From contig CAVXRD010000001.1 of NCBI GenBank assembly GCA_963764165.1, positions 1,376,001-1,440,000 on the forward strand: 64,000 nt of DNA, given 5' to 3'. The position numbers and the translations under genes were made by a program. Position 1 is the first letter of the stretch, and every line of letters begins with the position of its first letter. Source of the stretch: an uncultured Verrucomicrobiae bacterium (GTDB taxonomy: Bacteria > Verrucomicrobiota > Verrucomicrobiia > Limisphaerales > Palsa-1400). Shown here piece by piece: positions 20,701-29,767 of the stretch. The notes beneath the pieces are model-generated. The model saw only the letters and a program-made list of their open reading frames with translations. It ran no database searches and was not told the origin of the DNA.

Positions 20701-22347
20701 CTAGCGTCCGCTCACTTCGACCAATTGCGGCAGCGATTGTTGAAGGGCCGCGCGCGCCTGGGCCAGGGACGTGTAACCTTCCATCGCAATCTCAAAAACC
20801 TGCTGACCGTAAAAGCGCTTGCCTTCCCACGCCGCGCGCAGGCGGCTGCTGGGTGACAATTCCGAGAGGTATTCGTCCCGGGCCTCCGAAAGCGGCGCGT
20901 GAGACGCGACACAGTCCTCATGCAGGCAGAAAAACACATACCAAGGCTTGCCGTCGGCTTTAAAGATATAATTCTCAAACGGCAGGCTCGCCTGGCCCGA
21001 CGGGGGGGAATAAACGAGCGCGTTCGTCTGGCCAACCATCGTGAATCCGCTGTGGGTCATGCAGACATCCGGGGTGTGGCCGCGCGCCAATTGCGCCGCG
21101 ACCCGGCCCGGCAGCCATTTGATAAAATACATGGTCCATTGGGCGCCGTCGGGGCGCGTCCACAAGCCGGTCTGGCTTTGGTCGCAACGGAGCAGCGACA
21201 ACACTTCGTCGGATAACGTTTGACGCTTGAATCCGTCCGATGACTTGGGCCAAACCACCGTCCAGCCAACTTCCTTCGCGACGCCCTGCTCCTTCGAGCG
21301 AAACCAGATTTCGTTCAACGTCTCGACGGCAATCAGCGCGACCGCGACCAGCACGATGGCGCGCCATGAAAAAAAACGTGGTTGCGCCGTGAGAGTTTCC
21401 GCGGGAGGCGATGGCGCTCCAAATTTCTTCGCCAGCAGGAGCGCAAGCGCCAGAATTCCAGCGATCGCGAAAATCAGGCCCGCCAATCCGAGCGCATCAT
21501 GCAGCGAGGTTTCGGCGGCAGCGCTTCGGGTCGCTGCGATCCAAGTTAGCGTGGTGGTGCGGAGAAAATTCAAAAGGATGCCCCACACCAATCCCGTTCC
21601 AATGAGAACGAACCGCGACAAGATTCCCAGCCGATAAAATTCGCCGAAAAAGACGCCCGCCATCAACGTTGTTTGGAAAGAACGAATCCCGCTGCACGCT
21701 TCGCTGACACCGAGCGTGGCGTGGCGCAATTGAATGATATTGCCGTGCAAGACGGCAGGAATGCCCATCCAGTTAATGGCTTCAACCGTCGTTGCGGAAA
21801 TGTCGTGCGTGAGTGTGTCAATGATGGCTTTTTCACCGCGCGTGGGCCAGGGGACCGCGAGCAGAACAAAGGCCAGCGGCATCCAGAAGTGCTTCACCCA
21901 CGGCTTGCCGCCGATGAACAGCATGGCCAAAAAAACGACCGCAACATAAAGCGCCGCATCGCACCAGAGCAGCATCCGCCAATCTGGATTTGCTTCCAAC
22001 AGCACTCGCAAAGGCAGCGCGGCGATGGCCAGCAACGCGGCCGCCCCATAAAAGAAACCGCGGAGAAGCGGTTTGGGAGGAACCGGATTTGGCCGGTCCG
22101 CCCAGCGCTTCCAAAATAAATACGTCGCCAGAAACGGAACGCCCCATCCGAATGAGTATTGCGGATTCACCGACCATTCGAGGGAGAGAAATCGCAGGCT
22201 CGCGGCAATGACCGCCGCCAGGACAATAACCGTCGCCAGCGCCGATTTCAGGGGAGGCGCGGCGGATTCAGCCTTAACGGACGGGAGCGCTTCCGTGCCA
22301 GGCGCGTTAACCAATTGGGGGGCGAACTTAGCCACGATTCCCCGCAC
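20701..22347 (-). CDS. Exosortase family protein with C-terminal EpsI-like domain
   Basis: EACSGIRS (catalytic Cys), NFLR (Arg), LHD (His); multiple TM helices; GHTPDVCM in the C-terminal domain. Confidence 0.88.
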   Translation of the reverse strand: MRGIVAKFAPQLVNAPGTEALPSVKAESAAPPLKSALATVIVLAAVIAASLRFLSLEWSVNPQYSFGWGVPFLATYLFWKRWADRPNPVPPKPLLRGFFYGAAALLAIAALPLRVLLEANPDWRMLLWCDAALYVAVVFLAMLFIGGKPWVKHFWMPLAFVLLAVPWPTRGEKAIIDTLTHDISATTVEAINWMGIPAVLHGNIIQLRHATLGVSEACSGIRSFQTTLMAGVFFGEFYRLGILSRFVLIGTGLVWGILLNFLRTTTLTWIAATRSAAAETSLHDALGLAGLIFAIAGILALALLLAKKFGAPSPPAETLTAQPRFFSWRAIVLVAVALIAVETLNEIWFRSKEQGVAKEVGWTVVWPKSSDGFKRQTLSDEVLSLLRCDQSQTGLWTRPDGAQWTMYFIKWLPGRVAAQLARGHTPDVCMTHSGFTMVGQTNALVYSPPSGQASLPFENYIFKADGKPWYVFFCLHEDCVASHAPLSEARDEYLSELSPSSRLRAAWEGKRFYGQQVFEIAMEGYTSLAQARAALQQSLPQLVEVSGR

Positions 22348-22397
22348 GATACGTCAAATTCTCCCCGAAAGCACGCGGAATTCGATGGCCTTCCAAA

Positions 22398-22478
22398 GGC
22401 AGGGACGCCTCGCCGAGGCGTCCGGGCCGCGGCACGATTCATGCGCAAACCCGGACGCCTCGGCGAGGCGTCCCTACC
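22398..22478. repeat. REP doublet (REPIN-like), family A
   Basis: ggcagggacgcctcgccgaggcgtcc ... ggacgcctcggcgaggcgtccctacc. Confidence 0.85.
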
Positions 22479-22493
22479 TCAAAAGTTCCCACT

Positions 22494-22997
22494 TCACGTC
22501 CTTGTCAGACAGGTGATCATTTCGCGGTGGGCGGGAAATTGCTGGGCGAGAACTTCCCGCTCACCGGAAATGTAATCCGCGTAATCAAACCCCGGAGCCA
22601 TGGTGGCGCCGAGCAAGGCGAACTTGCCGCCGGCCATCAATCGCGAGCCTTGCCAGACTCCCGCCGGCACCGCCAATTGCACGCGCATTCCCTGCGTGAC
22701 GTCATGCCCCAAAACGATCCTTTCACCCGACCCGCCGGGTTTGAGTTGCAGCATCTCGACGGGATCGCCCAGGTAGAAGTGAAATATCTCGTCGCCGGGC
22801 AGCGTGTGCATGGCCGAAAATGTTTCCGGGGTCAGCATATAATATATCGCCGTCCCCAATGAACGCGGCCCGCTGTAGCCCGGAGGCAGCGCAGGCACGG
22901 GAATTTGATGCGCCGCGCGGTAGGTCTCGACAAACCAGCCGCCCTCTACCGGATGCGGCTGCAAGCCCAACGCGTTGATAACGTCATCAGCAGTCAT
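22494..22997 (-). CDS. Cupin_5 (DUF985) family protein
   Basis: LGLQPHPVEGGWFVETYR, TAIYYML, DEIFHFYLGDP, VPAGVWQ, APGFDYAD. Confidence 0.9.
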   Translation of the reverse strand: MTADDVINALGLQPHPVEGGWFVETYRAAHQIPVPALPPGYSGPRSLGTAIYYMLTPETFSAMHTLPGDEIFHFYLGDPVEMLQLKPGGSGERIVLGHDVTQGMRVQLAVPAGVWQGSRLMAGGKFALLGATMAPGFDYADYISGEREVLAQQFPAHREMITCLTRT

Positions 22998-23012
22998 GGG
23001 GGAAAAAGGATT

Positions 23013-23849
23013 TCAAACGAGTGACCGGAAAATGCGGGTCAATTCACGCTGGCCGACGTCTGAGGCAAACAGCACCACCGCCATCATCAAAACCGGAGCG
23101 AAATCGATTCTGCCCGCTTGCAGCGGCAGCCACTTAAATGGGCGCATGATTCCCCGGGCCGTAGTATTGACGAATTTCCAGAACGGCAATTCGCCCAAGT
23201 ACACGTGGGTGTTCACGATGTGCAGCGCGAGAATCGCCACCAGCAAAAACTTCAGCGCCAGATACGCTGCCAGTCCAACGACCGCGCCCTGGGCCACAAT
23301 CCGCCATTTGGATTCCGTGCTCGCCGGCAGCATTCCCATACGCACAAACAGCGGATTTCCCAGGCACCAAATGGCGGACACCACCAGGAGCGGCAAAAGG
23401 ATTTTGATCACCGTTGGCCATCGCTCCAGACTTCCCAGTTGCGCCCGCACCAACCGCTGTCCTGGCTCGGCATCGGCTGCCGCCGCATTGATCCACGAGA
23501 GCAAAAGGAGGCACAAATAAAAGATTCCCAGCGCCACAAGGAAACTCGCGATCGAGAAGAGAAACATCCGGCCCAGAAGATCGCTGCGAAAAGGGAAGGT
23601 GGTCGGCCCCAGCGGGAGGCGCGCATCCCAGCGGACCGGCCCCCCTAATTGCCAATATAACAGAGGCCTCAATCCAATGAGCGCCACGAGCCACGCGAGA
23701 TAGAATATGCGCGGCCGCTGCCGTTCAGTGCCTTTGATTGCCGAGGCGAGTGATGGGCCGGACGGCGTTTTGGCAGACAGACGGACTGAGCGCCAATTGA
23801 GCCAAAGCATCAGCCCGGCGGCGTTCAGAATGAAATCAATCCAGCTCAT
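23013..23849 (-). CDS. Membrane protein with C-terminal YggT-like motif
   Basis: Multiple TM helices; IMRPFKWLPLQAGRIDFAP resembles the YGGT signature. Confidence 0.7.
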   Translation of the reverse strand: MSWIDFILNAAGLMLWLNWRSVRLSAKTPSGPSLASAIKGTERQRPRIFYLAWLVALIGLRPLLYWQLGGPVRWDARLPLGPTTFPFRSDLLGRMFLFSIASFLVALGIFYLCLLLLSWINAAAADAEPGQRLVRAQLGSLERWPTVIKILLPLLVVSAIWCLGNPLFVRMGMLPASTESKWRIVAQGAVVGLAAYLALKFLLVAILALHIVNTHVYLGELPFWKFVNTTARGIMRPFKWLPLQAGRIDFAPVLMMAVVLFASDVGQRELTRIFRSLV

Positions 23850-23938
23850 TCGGCGACAACGACGCTTCGATTGAACGAGTTCACGGGCGCTATTTCAAAC
23901 CAAAAATAAAACTATGGGAGGAATGGGAAGTGCGGGAG

Positions 23939-25093
23939 CTATGAACCGGTTCGTTTGAGCGCCAGGCGGACGGTGAGCGAGTCGAAGCCGTTCGGACGCG
24001 CATACGCGGCCTCGCGCTCGATGTGCTCCTCCGCCTCCAGCACTGTGATTGCCGCCGCCTCTTTGACAAGCGCGGCGAGCAAAGTGCGCACGATCAGCCG
24101 CGCATGCGGGGCGCCGAGGCAAAGGTGCGCGCCAAAACCGAACGACAAATGCGGATTCGGCCGGCGGTCCAGGCGAACCTCCTGCGGCTCGGGAAAAACG
24201 GTTTCGTCAAAATTCGCCGCGGCCCAGCCCAGCGACACCCGCTCATTGGCTTTCACCGGCGCGCCATGCACATTGGTGTCCGCCGGGCAAACGCGGCCAA
24301 TGTGAGTCAGCGGCATGAAGACCCGGAAAAATTCCTCTCCCGCCAGGACAATGCGTTTCGGATCCTCGCGCAAATAATCGAAGGCAGCCGGATTGCGCCC
24401 CAGATATGCAATGATCGAGGAGATGCTGTGGATAATAGTGTCGCGCCCGCCGGCGAAGGCGAGATTGCCAAAGCCCATCATTTCCTCCTGCGTGAGTTTG
24501 CGCCCGCGATAGGTGGCTTGCGTCAATGCGCTGAAAAAATCCGGGCCGGGGTTTGCCCCAGCGCGATCAAATTGCCCGGCCAGATATTCCTCGAGCACGT
24601 TGCCTTTTTTGAATTGCCCGCCCGAAACTTTGAAGACATGAATGCCCCAGCCTATCCACACCTCCGCCTCGGTTTCTGGGACATTGAGAAGATAGGTGAG
24701 CGCCCGCGATTGCACGGGGAGCGCGAAGTCCTGCACCACTTCAAACGAATCGCGCCTGCCTGCCTCCGCGATTTTGCCGGCAATCAACGCCTCAACTTTC
24801 GCGATCATCTCCGGCTGTTTGGCCCGCTCAAAAAATGGCTCGACGATGGCGCGGTACTCGGTGTGCTCGGGAGGGTTCGTCTCGATTGGCAATTGCCGCA
24901 TGGTGCGAACTTCTTCCTCGGAGGGAATCGGCACGCGAAACGGCGCGTCCGAGCTGAACGTCTTCCAATCTTTCGCCGCCTCCCGCACGGCCGCGTGCCG
25001 CAAGATCATTGGGATAGTTTCGCCTTGAAAGGGGCACCGAAGAACGCCGTCCTTTTTCCGCGCATCGTGAAATGGGTCGGGAATCTGGCTCAT
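23939..25093 (-). CDS. Cytochrome P450
   Basis: PPEHTEYR, GGRDT (I-helix), EEFFR (ExxR), HLSFGFGAHLCLG (heme Cys). Confidence 0.95.
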   Translation of the reverse strand: MSQIPDPFHDARKKDGVLRCPFQGETIPMILRHAAVREAAKDWKTFSSDAPFRVPIPSEEEVRTMRQLPIETNPPEHTEYRAIVEPFFERAKQPEMIAKVEALIAGKIAEAGRRDSFEVVQDFALPVQSRALTYLLNVPETEAEVWIGWGIHVFKVSGGQFKKGNVLEEYLAGQFDRAGANPGPDFFSALTQATYRGRKLTQEEMMGFGNLAFAGGRDTIIHSISSIIAYLGRNPAAFDYLREDPKRIVLAGEEFFRVFMPLTHIGRVCPADTNVHGAPVKANERVSLGWAAANFDETVFPEPQEVRLDRRPNPHLSFGFGAHLCLGAPHARLIVRTLLAALVKEAAAITVLEAEEHIEREAAYARPNGFDSLTVRLALKRTGS

Positions 25094-25246
25094 TGAATGC
25101 CGTTATTCTACGCGAGGCACGGATGCTCGTGCAAGGGACTTTGGGCAGTGGTGCACCATCGCCAGCCAAACAATGCGGGACTTCGAGATCACCCCTCCTA
25201 TAGTCCTCGCGAATTACGATAAATTCTATGTTTTGTTCAGAGAAAC

Positions 25247-26260
25247 TCAGTGCAAGGGACGCAGCACCTCATCAAGCCTGGCCCGGGTGCGCAGCGCGTT
25301 GGGGATCACCTCCTCGGTGATCTTTTTGATCCGTTTTTCGGCCTCTTTGCGCGCGGCCCGAACCTGCCAGGCCCGAGGGTTGAGATACCACGGAATTATT
25401 TGCTCGCGATAATGCTCCAGCTTGGCCTGGTGGATGGGCACAAGTTCCAGGGCTTTCTCAAGTTCGGGCCATTGGAGCTCTTCTAGAACTTGGTCCACGA
25501 CGGGATTGCGCAATCGCTCGATGGCGACCACGCTTCGTGCCAGGAGATGGAACTTGTGGAACAGGGATTCGACGTAATACTCGTCTGGAGCATAAGCCTT
25601 TTCGTGAAAACGAAACGTGGAAAAGCGTTCCGGCGTGATGGCGATCCGCACGTCAAAGATATTTTGAACGCCCCAGCCGCAATCACCTGCCGTGCCGAAC
25701 TCCGTGGGAAAGGGGCGCTGCTTGAGGCAATCGGCGCGATAAAGGTTGCTGGCCGAACTGCCGAGGATGGCGCCCCAGAGATTGGTCACCGCGAAATAAA
25801 ACTGTTCGGTCGTGGAAAGCAATTGCGGGCTCTTGATCTGCAGTTGGCGCAAAATGACATCAATCGGCCAGCGCTGGTCCGGCAGCGCTTCCCCCTCGCC
25901 ATTGACGAAGTCCGGCTTGCTAATCACCACGTCGCTGTGAAGTTTCTCGGCCAGGTCGAACAGTGATTGGACGCCCTGGCGGGTGATTGAGTCCCCCACG
26001 GTGGAGACGTAAATGTATTTGGCGCTGGCGTTCCGGATGCCAAAATTCCACGACTGATACAGGCCGCGCGGATGGTTCAGGAATCGAACGCGCGGATGGT
26101 TCAGGCCGGCGCGGAGAAGCTTGACGGTGTCATCGCAGGAATCGCTGTCCACCACCACAACTTCCTCCGCAAGATCAAGCCAGGAGCGAAGGGATTCAAG
26201 ATGGGCCGGCACGAGCGCGGCGCAGTTAAGGGTTGGAACGAGAACGCTAATGGGAAGCAT
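25247..26260 (-). CDS. Glycosyltransferase family 2
   Basis: ISVLVPTLN, VVVVDSDSCDDT, GLYQSWNFGI. Confidence 0.88.
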   Translation of the reverse strand: MLPISVLVPTLNCAALVPAHLESLRSWLDLAEEVVVVDSDSCDDTVKLLRAGLNHPRVRFLNHPRGLYQSWNFGIRNASAKYIYVSTVGDSITRQGVQSLFDLAEKLHSDVVISKPDFVNGEGEALPDQRWPIDVILRQLQIKSPQLLSTTEQFYFAVTNLWGAILGSSASNLYRADCLKQRPFPTEFGTAGDCGWGVQNIFDVRIAITPERFSTFRFHEKAYAPDEYYVESLFHKFHLLARSVVAIERLRNPVVDQVLEELQWPELEKALELVPIHQAKLEHYREQIIPWYLNPRAWQVRAARKEAEKRIKKITEEVIPNALRTRARLDEVLRPLH

Positions 26261-26533
26261 GGTTGGGGTGATGTTGTTAGGTGATTCGATGCCAGAATTC
26301 CGGGATGGATTCGGGCGAAGGCTCCAAGGCGGGATCGGGGGAGTCGCCCGCTAGGATTCCTGTTAGCCAGCTAAAATGTTGTCTCGGCGCCATGGGTCGG
26401 GCAAAACGCTTTTTGACTTCGTTTTATGCAGGGCACAAAGCGGCTGCCATACAGAGGGAAACACTACACACAGCGAAAGTTTTGTTAAAGCTTTTTTCAA
26501 CAAGAATTTTAGGAAAGCGCCGCAGCCGAGGCC

Positions 26534-27460
26534 TCAAGCCCACCGGCCCAGATTCTTCTTTACGACGATCCACCGGCCGATCTGGTTCCAATAGCGCCGA
26601 CGGGAAACCGGCGTGATGGTGGTGGAGAAAATCCTCTCGAATTGATCAAGCAATCTCTCGCGTCCAAAAAACGTGTTCGGCTGGTTGCCGTGAAAGAACG
26701 GCTGGCGCATGTATTCCATGTACTTTGCGTCGTCCTTGTCCAATTCAATGATTTTCTCAATCAGCGCTTCCTCGCTGGGAAAATCAAAATAATTGAGAAA
26801 GCTTTTGGTGTTGAATTCTTCGCCAATGCGCGGATTGCCCCAATAGATCGGCAGGCAGCGCGCCCACATTGCCTCGGTTAGCTTTTCCGTGGTGTAGCCT
26901 TCTATGGAACTGTTCTCAAAGGCGATGTTGAATTTGTAAGAGTGCAGAAAATCAAGCTTTGCCCCCGGCGGCAGGCGGCCGCCGATGTTGTTAAACGCCG
27001 CTCCGCCGGAGTCCACCTTCTTGTATTTGGAAAGACGGTGGAAAAACTGGACGCGCTTCTGGGTCTTGGCGCGCTTGGCGTTGCTGACAACAAAGCTGCA
27101 GAATTTCTCCCTGCCGGCCATCTTGCCGGCCAGCTCCTCGCCCGTTTTGCGCAGGCTTTGCGGGTTCGTGTTCAAAACATAAAAGGGCAGGCGCAAATTG
27201 CGCGGATCGTTCAACTCGCGGCAGGTGAAGGCGTAATCACAAGCTTTGAAATCCGGCTCAAACGATTCCACGGAAACATAAATTTTGACACAATCGTGGA
27301 TGCGATGCACATGCTGGCCGGGGTCGGCGTAAATAAGAAAATCCGGCTGGTCGCATATTTGGATATCGAACCGTTCACTCAGCAGGTCGTAAAAAAAATT
27401 CCTCGTCTTGAGGAAGCCGGGCCAGAAATCGCAGAAATCCAGCCGAACTTTCATTTTCAT
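26534..27460 (-). CDS. Glycosyltransferase family 10 (alpha-1,3-fucosyltransferase-like)
   Basis: KFCSFVVSN, YKKVDSGG, YKFNIAFENSSIEGYTTEKL, PIYWG; start set at MKMKVRLDFCDFW. Confidence 0.92.
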   Translation of the reverse strand: MKMKVRLDFCDFWPGFLKTRNFFYDLLSERFDIQICDQPDFLIYADPGQHVHRIHDCVKIYVSVESFEPDFKACDYAFTCRELNDPRNLRLPFYVLNTNPQSLRKTGEELAGKMAGREKFCSFVVSNAKRAKTQKRVQFFHRLSKYKKVDSGGAAFNNIGGRLPPGAKLDFLHSYKFNIAFENSSIEGYTTEKLTEAMWARCLPIYWGNPRIGEEFNTKSFLNYFDFPSEEALIEKIIELDKDDAKYMEYMRQPFFHGNQPNTFFGRERLLDQFERIFSTTITPVSRRRYWNQIGRWIVVKKNLGRWA

Positions 27461-27515
27461 AATCAATCCGGGCACCCTATCAAACCGCCAAAGCGGCGCA
27501 AAGTCCGATTTCTCT

Positions 27516-27633
27516 TGGGTGCAGGACAAAATTCTTCCGCCGCTGTGGTGGCAGAGGCGTCTCGCCTCCGCCGGCAATTCAGCGGCGGGACGCCGCTGCC
27601 ACTCTTTTCGTGAAGAATTTTGTCCTGCACCCA
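27516..27633. mobile_element. MITE-like element with perfect 22-bp terminal inverted repeats and an internal REP-like doublet
   Basis: tgggtgcaggacaaaattcttc ... gaagaattttgtcctgcaccca; inner gtggcagaggcgtctcgcc / ggcgggacgccgctgccac. Confidence 0.75.
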
Positions 27634-27699
27634 TTTCTCCTGCTGTCGCAGTAAAAACTCGCGCTTCCGGGAGTCTCTGCCCATATTGGCGCAATTGAC

Positions 27700-29520
27700 A
27701 TGATTGATTTCTGGCTCAAACTTTGGCGATTGATCGGACCGTACCGGGTTCGATTTGTCATTGGAACCATCTTTGGCGGGTTGGGAGGCATGGCGGACAC
27801 GGTGGTGCTGGTCACGGTATTTTTTGTCGTAAGCCTCGTCTTTTCCGATTCCGACCAGGCGACGCTGGCCAAAATAAACCAGATAAACCAATATTCACCG
27901 TGGCTGGCCGATCTTGTCCGTTCCGCTTTCACCTCGATCGCCACCCATGTTCATGCTTCGAACGTGAGCCTGTTTCTGGCCGTCAGTTTGATTCCCATAG
28001 TGATGCTGGCCCGCGGGATCGTCAATTATTTGGGATCCTATCTTATGGGGTGGGTGGCGACCCGCACTGTGGCGGACCTTCGCGCGCGCCTGTTCGAGCA
28101 TCTGCTCAATTTGCCGCTCGGCTTTTTGACCCGCATCAGCACCGGCGAACTCATGTCCAGGGTCAACGATGTTGGCGTGCTGCAAACCATGTTCGCAGGC
28201 TCCATGATCACCATGATCAAGGAGCCGGTAAACATCGCCACTCTTATTTTCACCGCGTTCGCGCTGTTTCCATGGCTGACGCTTGTTGCGCTGGGCACCG
28301 TCCCGCTTTGCGCCATACCCATCTATGTCTACAACAAAAAGGTTCGGAAAGCGGGGGCAGCCATCCAAACCGAGGCAGCCAGCTTGAACAACATGATGCA
28401 TGAGGCTTTCACCGGAAACCGGATTATCAAGGGCTACGGCCTTGAAGGCGTTGTCATGGAACGGTTCCTGGCCAACCAGAACAAGTTCAACAGCCACTAT
28501 ATGAGGGTGGTGCGTTCGACGGAGACACCGGGGCCGATGATTGAATTTTTCGGCGCCATCGGAATCGCAATTGTTCTCTTCCATCTCGGCGGCAGGACCA
28601 GCCCGGTCAAGTTCGGGGTCTTCATCGCTGCCATCATTACCATCTATCGCCCCATCAAGGCTGTCATCCGCACACAAAGTCAGCTCAACCAGACCAAGGC
28701 AGCCACCGAACGTGTCTTCGAATTGCTCGCCACCAAGAGCAATCTTATTGATCCTCCAAATCCGCTGCCTTTGGTTGCCGCCGGGGCGGACATTGAATTT
28801 GACCATGTTAACTTCAAGTATGACGAGAAGCCCATCATTATTGACTTCAATCTGCGGGTCGAGCCGGGACAGATGATTGCGCTGGTTGGCAGCAGCGGCT
28901 CCGGCAAAACCACCATCACCAACTTGCTCCTCCGGTTTTACGATCCCGTCAGCGGAGCGATTCGCATTGGAGGCAAGGATTTGCGATCCGTCGCCCTGCG
29001 GGACGTCCGGTCGCAGCTCGCCGTCGTCACCCAGGACGTGATTTTGTTTAACGAGAGCGTCCGGCGGAACATCGGTTACGGCAGGGCGGGCGCGACCTTC
29101 GACGAGATTCAAGAAGCGGCCCGGCACGCCTTCTGCCACGACTTCATCGTTCAGAAGAAGGGGGGATACGATTTCGTCGTCGGCGAAAAGGGCGCCAACC
29201 TGTCCGGCGGCGAACGCCAGCGGGTCGCCATCGCCCGGGCCATCCTCAAGAATGCGCCGATTCTGATTCTTGACGAAGCCACCAGCTCCCTCGACAACGA
29301 ATCGGAGCGCGCGGTGCAGGCTGCCTTGGATGAATTAATGAAAGGGCGCACGACATTTTGCGTGGCGCACCGGCTTTCCACCATCCAACGCGCCGATTTG
29401 ATCCTGGTGATGAGCCACGGAAGAATTGTCGAAACCGGGCGTCACGCCGAGCTGCTCGCCAGGGGCGGCGTCTACAAGAATCTGCATGCGCTGGGCATTG
29501 AGCAAAAAGACCGGCGGTGA
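27700..29520 (+). CDS. ABC exporter, permease/ATPase fusion (MsbA-like)
   Basis: N-terminal TM domain; GSSGSGKT, LSGGERQR, ILDEATSSLD, AHRLSTI. Confidence 0.93.
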   Translation: MIDFWLKLWRLIGPYRVRFVIGTIFGGLGGMADTVVLVTVFFVVSLVFSDSDQATLAKINQINQYSPWLADLVRSAFTSIATHVHASNVSLFLAVSLIPIVMLARGIVNYLGSYLMGWVATRTVADLRARLFEHLLNLPLGFLTRISTGELMSRVNDVGVLQTMFAGSMITMIKEPVNIATLIFTAFALFPWLTLVALGTVPLCAIPIYVYNKKVRKAGAAIQTEAASLNNMMHEAFTGNRIIKGYGLEGVVMERFLANQNKFNSHYMRVVRSTETPGPMIEFFGAIGIAIVLFHLGGRTSPVKFGVFIAAIITIYRPIKAVIRTQSQLNQTKAATERVFELLATKSNLIDPPNPLPLVAAGADIEFDHVNFKYDEKPIIIDFNLRVEPGQMIALVGSSGSGKTTITNLLLRFYDPVSGAIRIGGKDLRSVALRDVRSQLAVVTQDVILFNESVRRNIGYGRAGATFDEIQEAARHAFCHDFIVQKKGGYDFVVGEKGANLSGGERQRVAIARAILKNAPILILDEATSSLDNESERAVQAALDELMKGRTTFCVAHRLSTIQRADLILVMSHGRIVETGRHAELLARGGVYKNLHALGIEQKDRR

Positions 29521-29767
29521 ACCGAGTTGGTTTTTGGGAACCTTTGGCGAATTGGCACGGGGCGGGATTGTGAATGGACCTCGGCGATGAGCGCATCCCG
29601 TCAGGGATGCGAGGGACTCGGACTCCTCAATTTCGCATCGCCGGGCCACCACTAATACGTCAAGTGGCGTATTTCCACGTCAAACACTTTGTTCCATGCT
29701 CACGAGCTCAGGCTGGGGCATGGTTCCCTAAGCCGGGTGTTCTCATTCAAATTTAGCGGCTGATTTT

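Noticed and set aside
29578..29630. Hairpin cgcatccc-gtca-gggatgcg preceded by gcgatga, as a possible riboswitch or hammerhead
   Set aside because: Lacks the CUGAUGA...GAAA core and the fluoride-riboswitch pseudoknot; probably a simple stem after the ABC gene.
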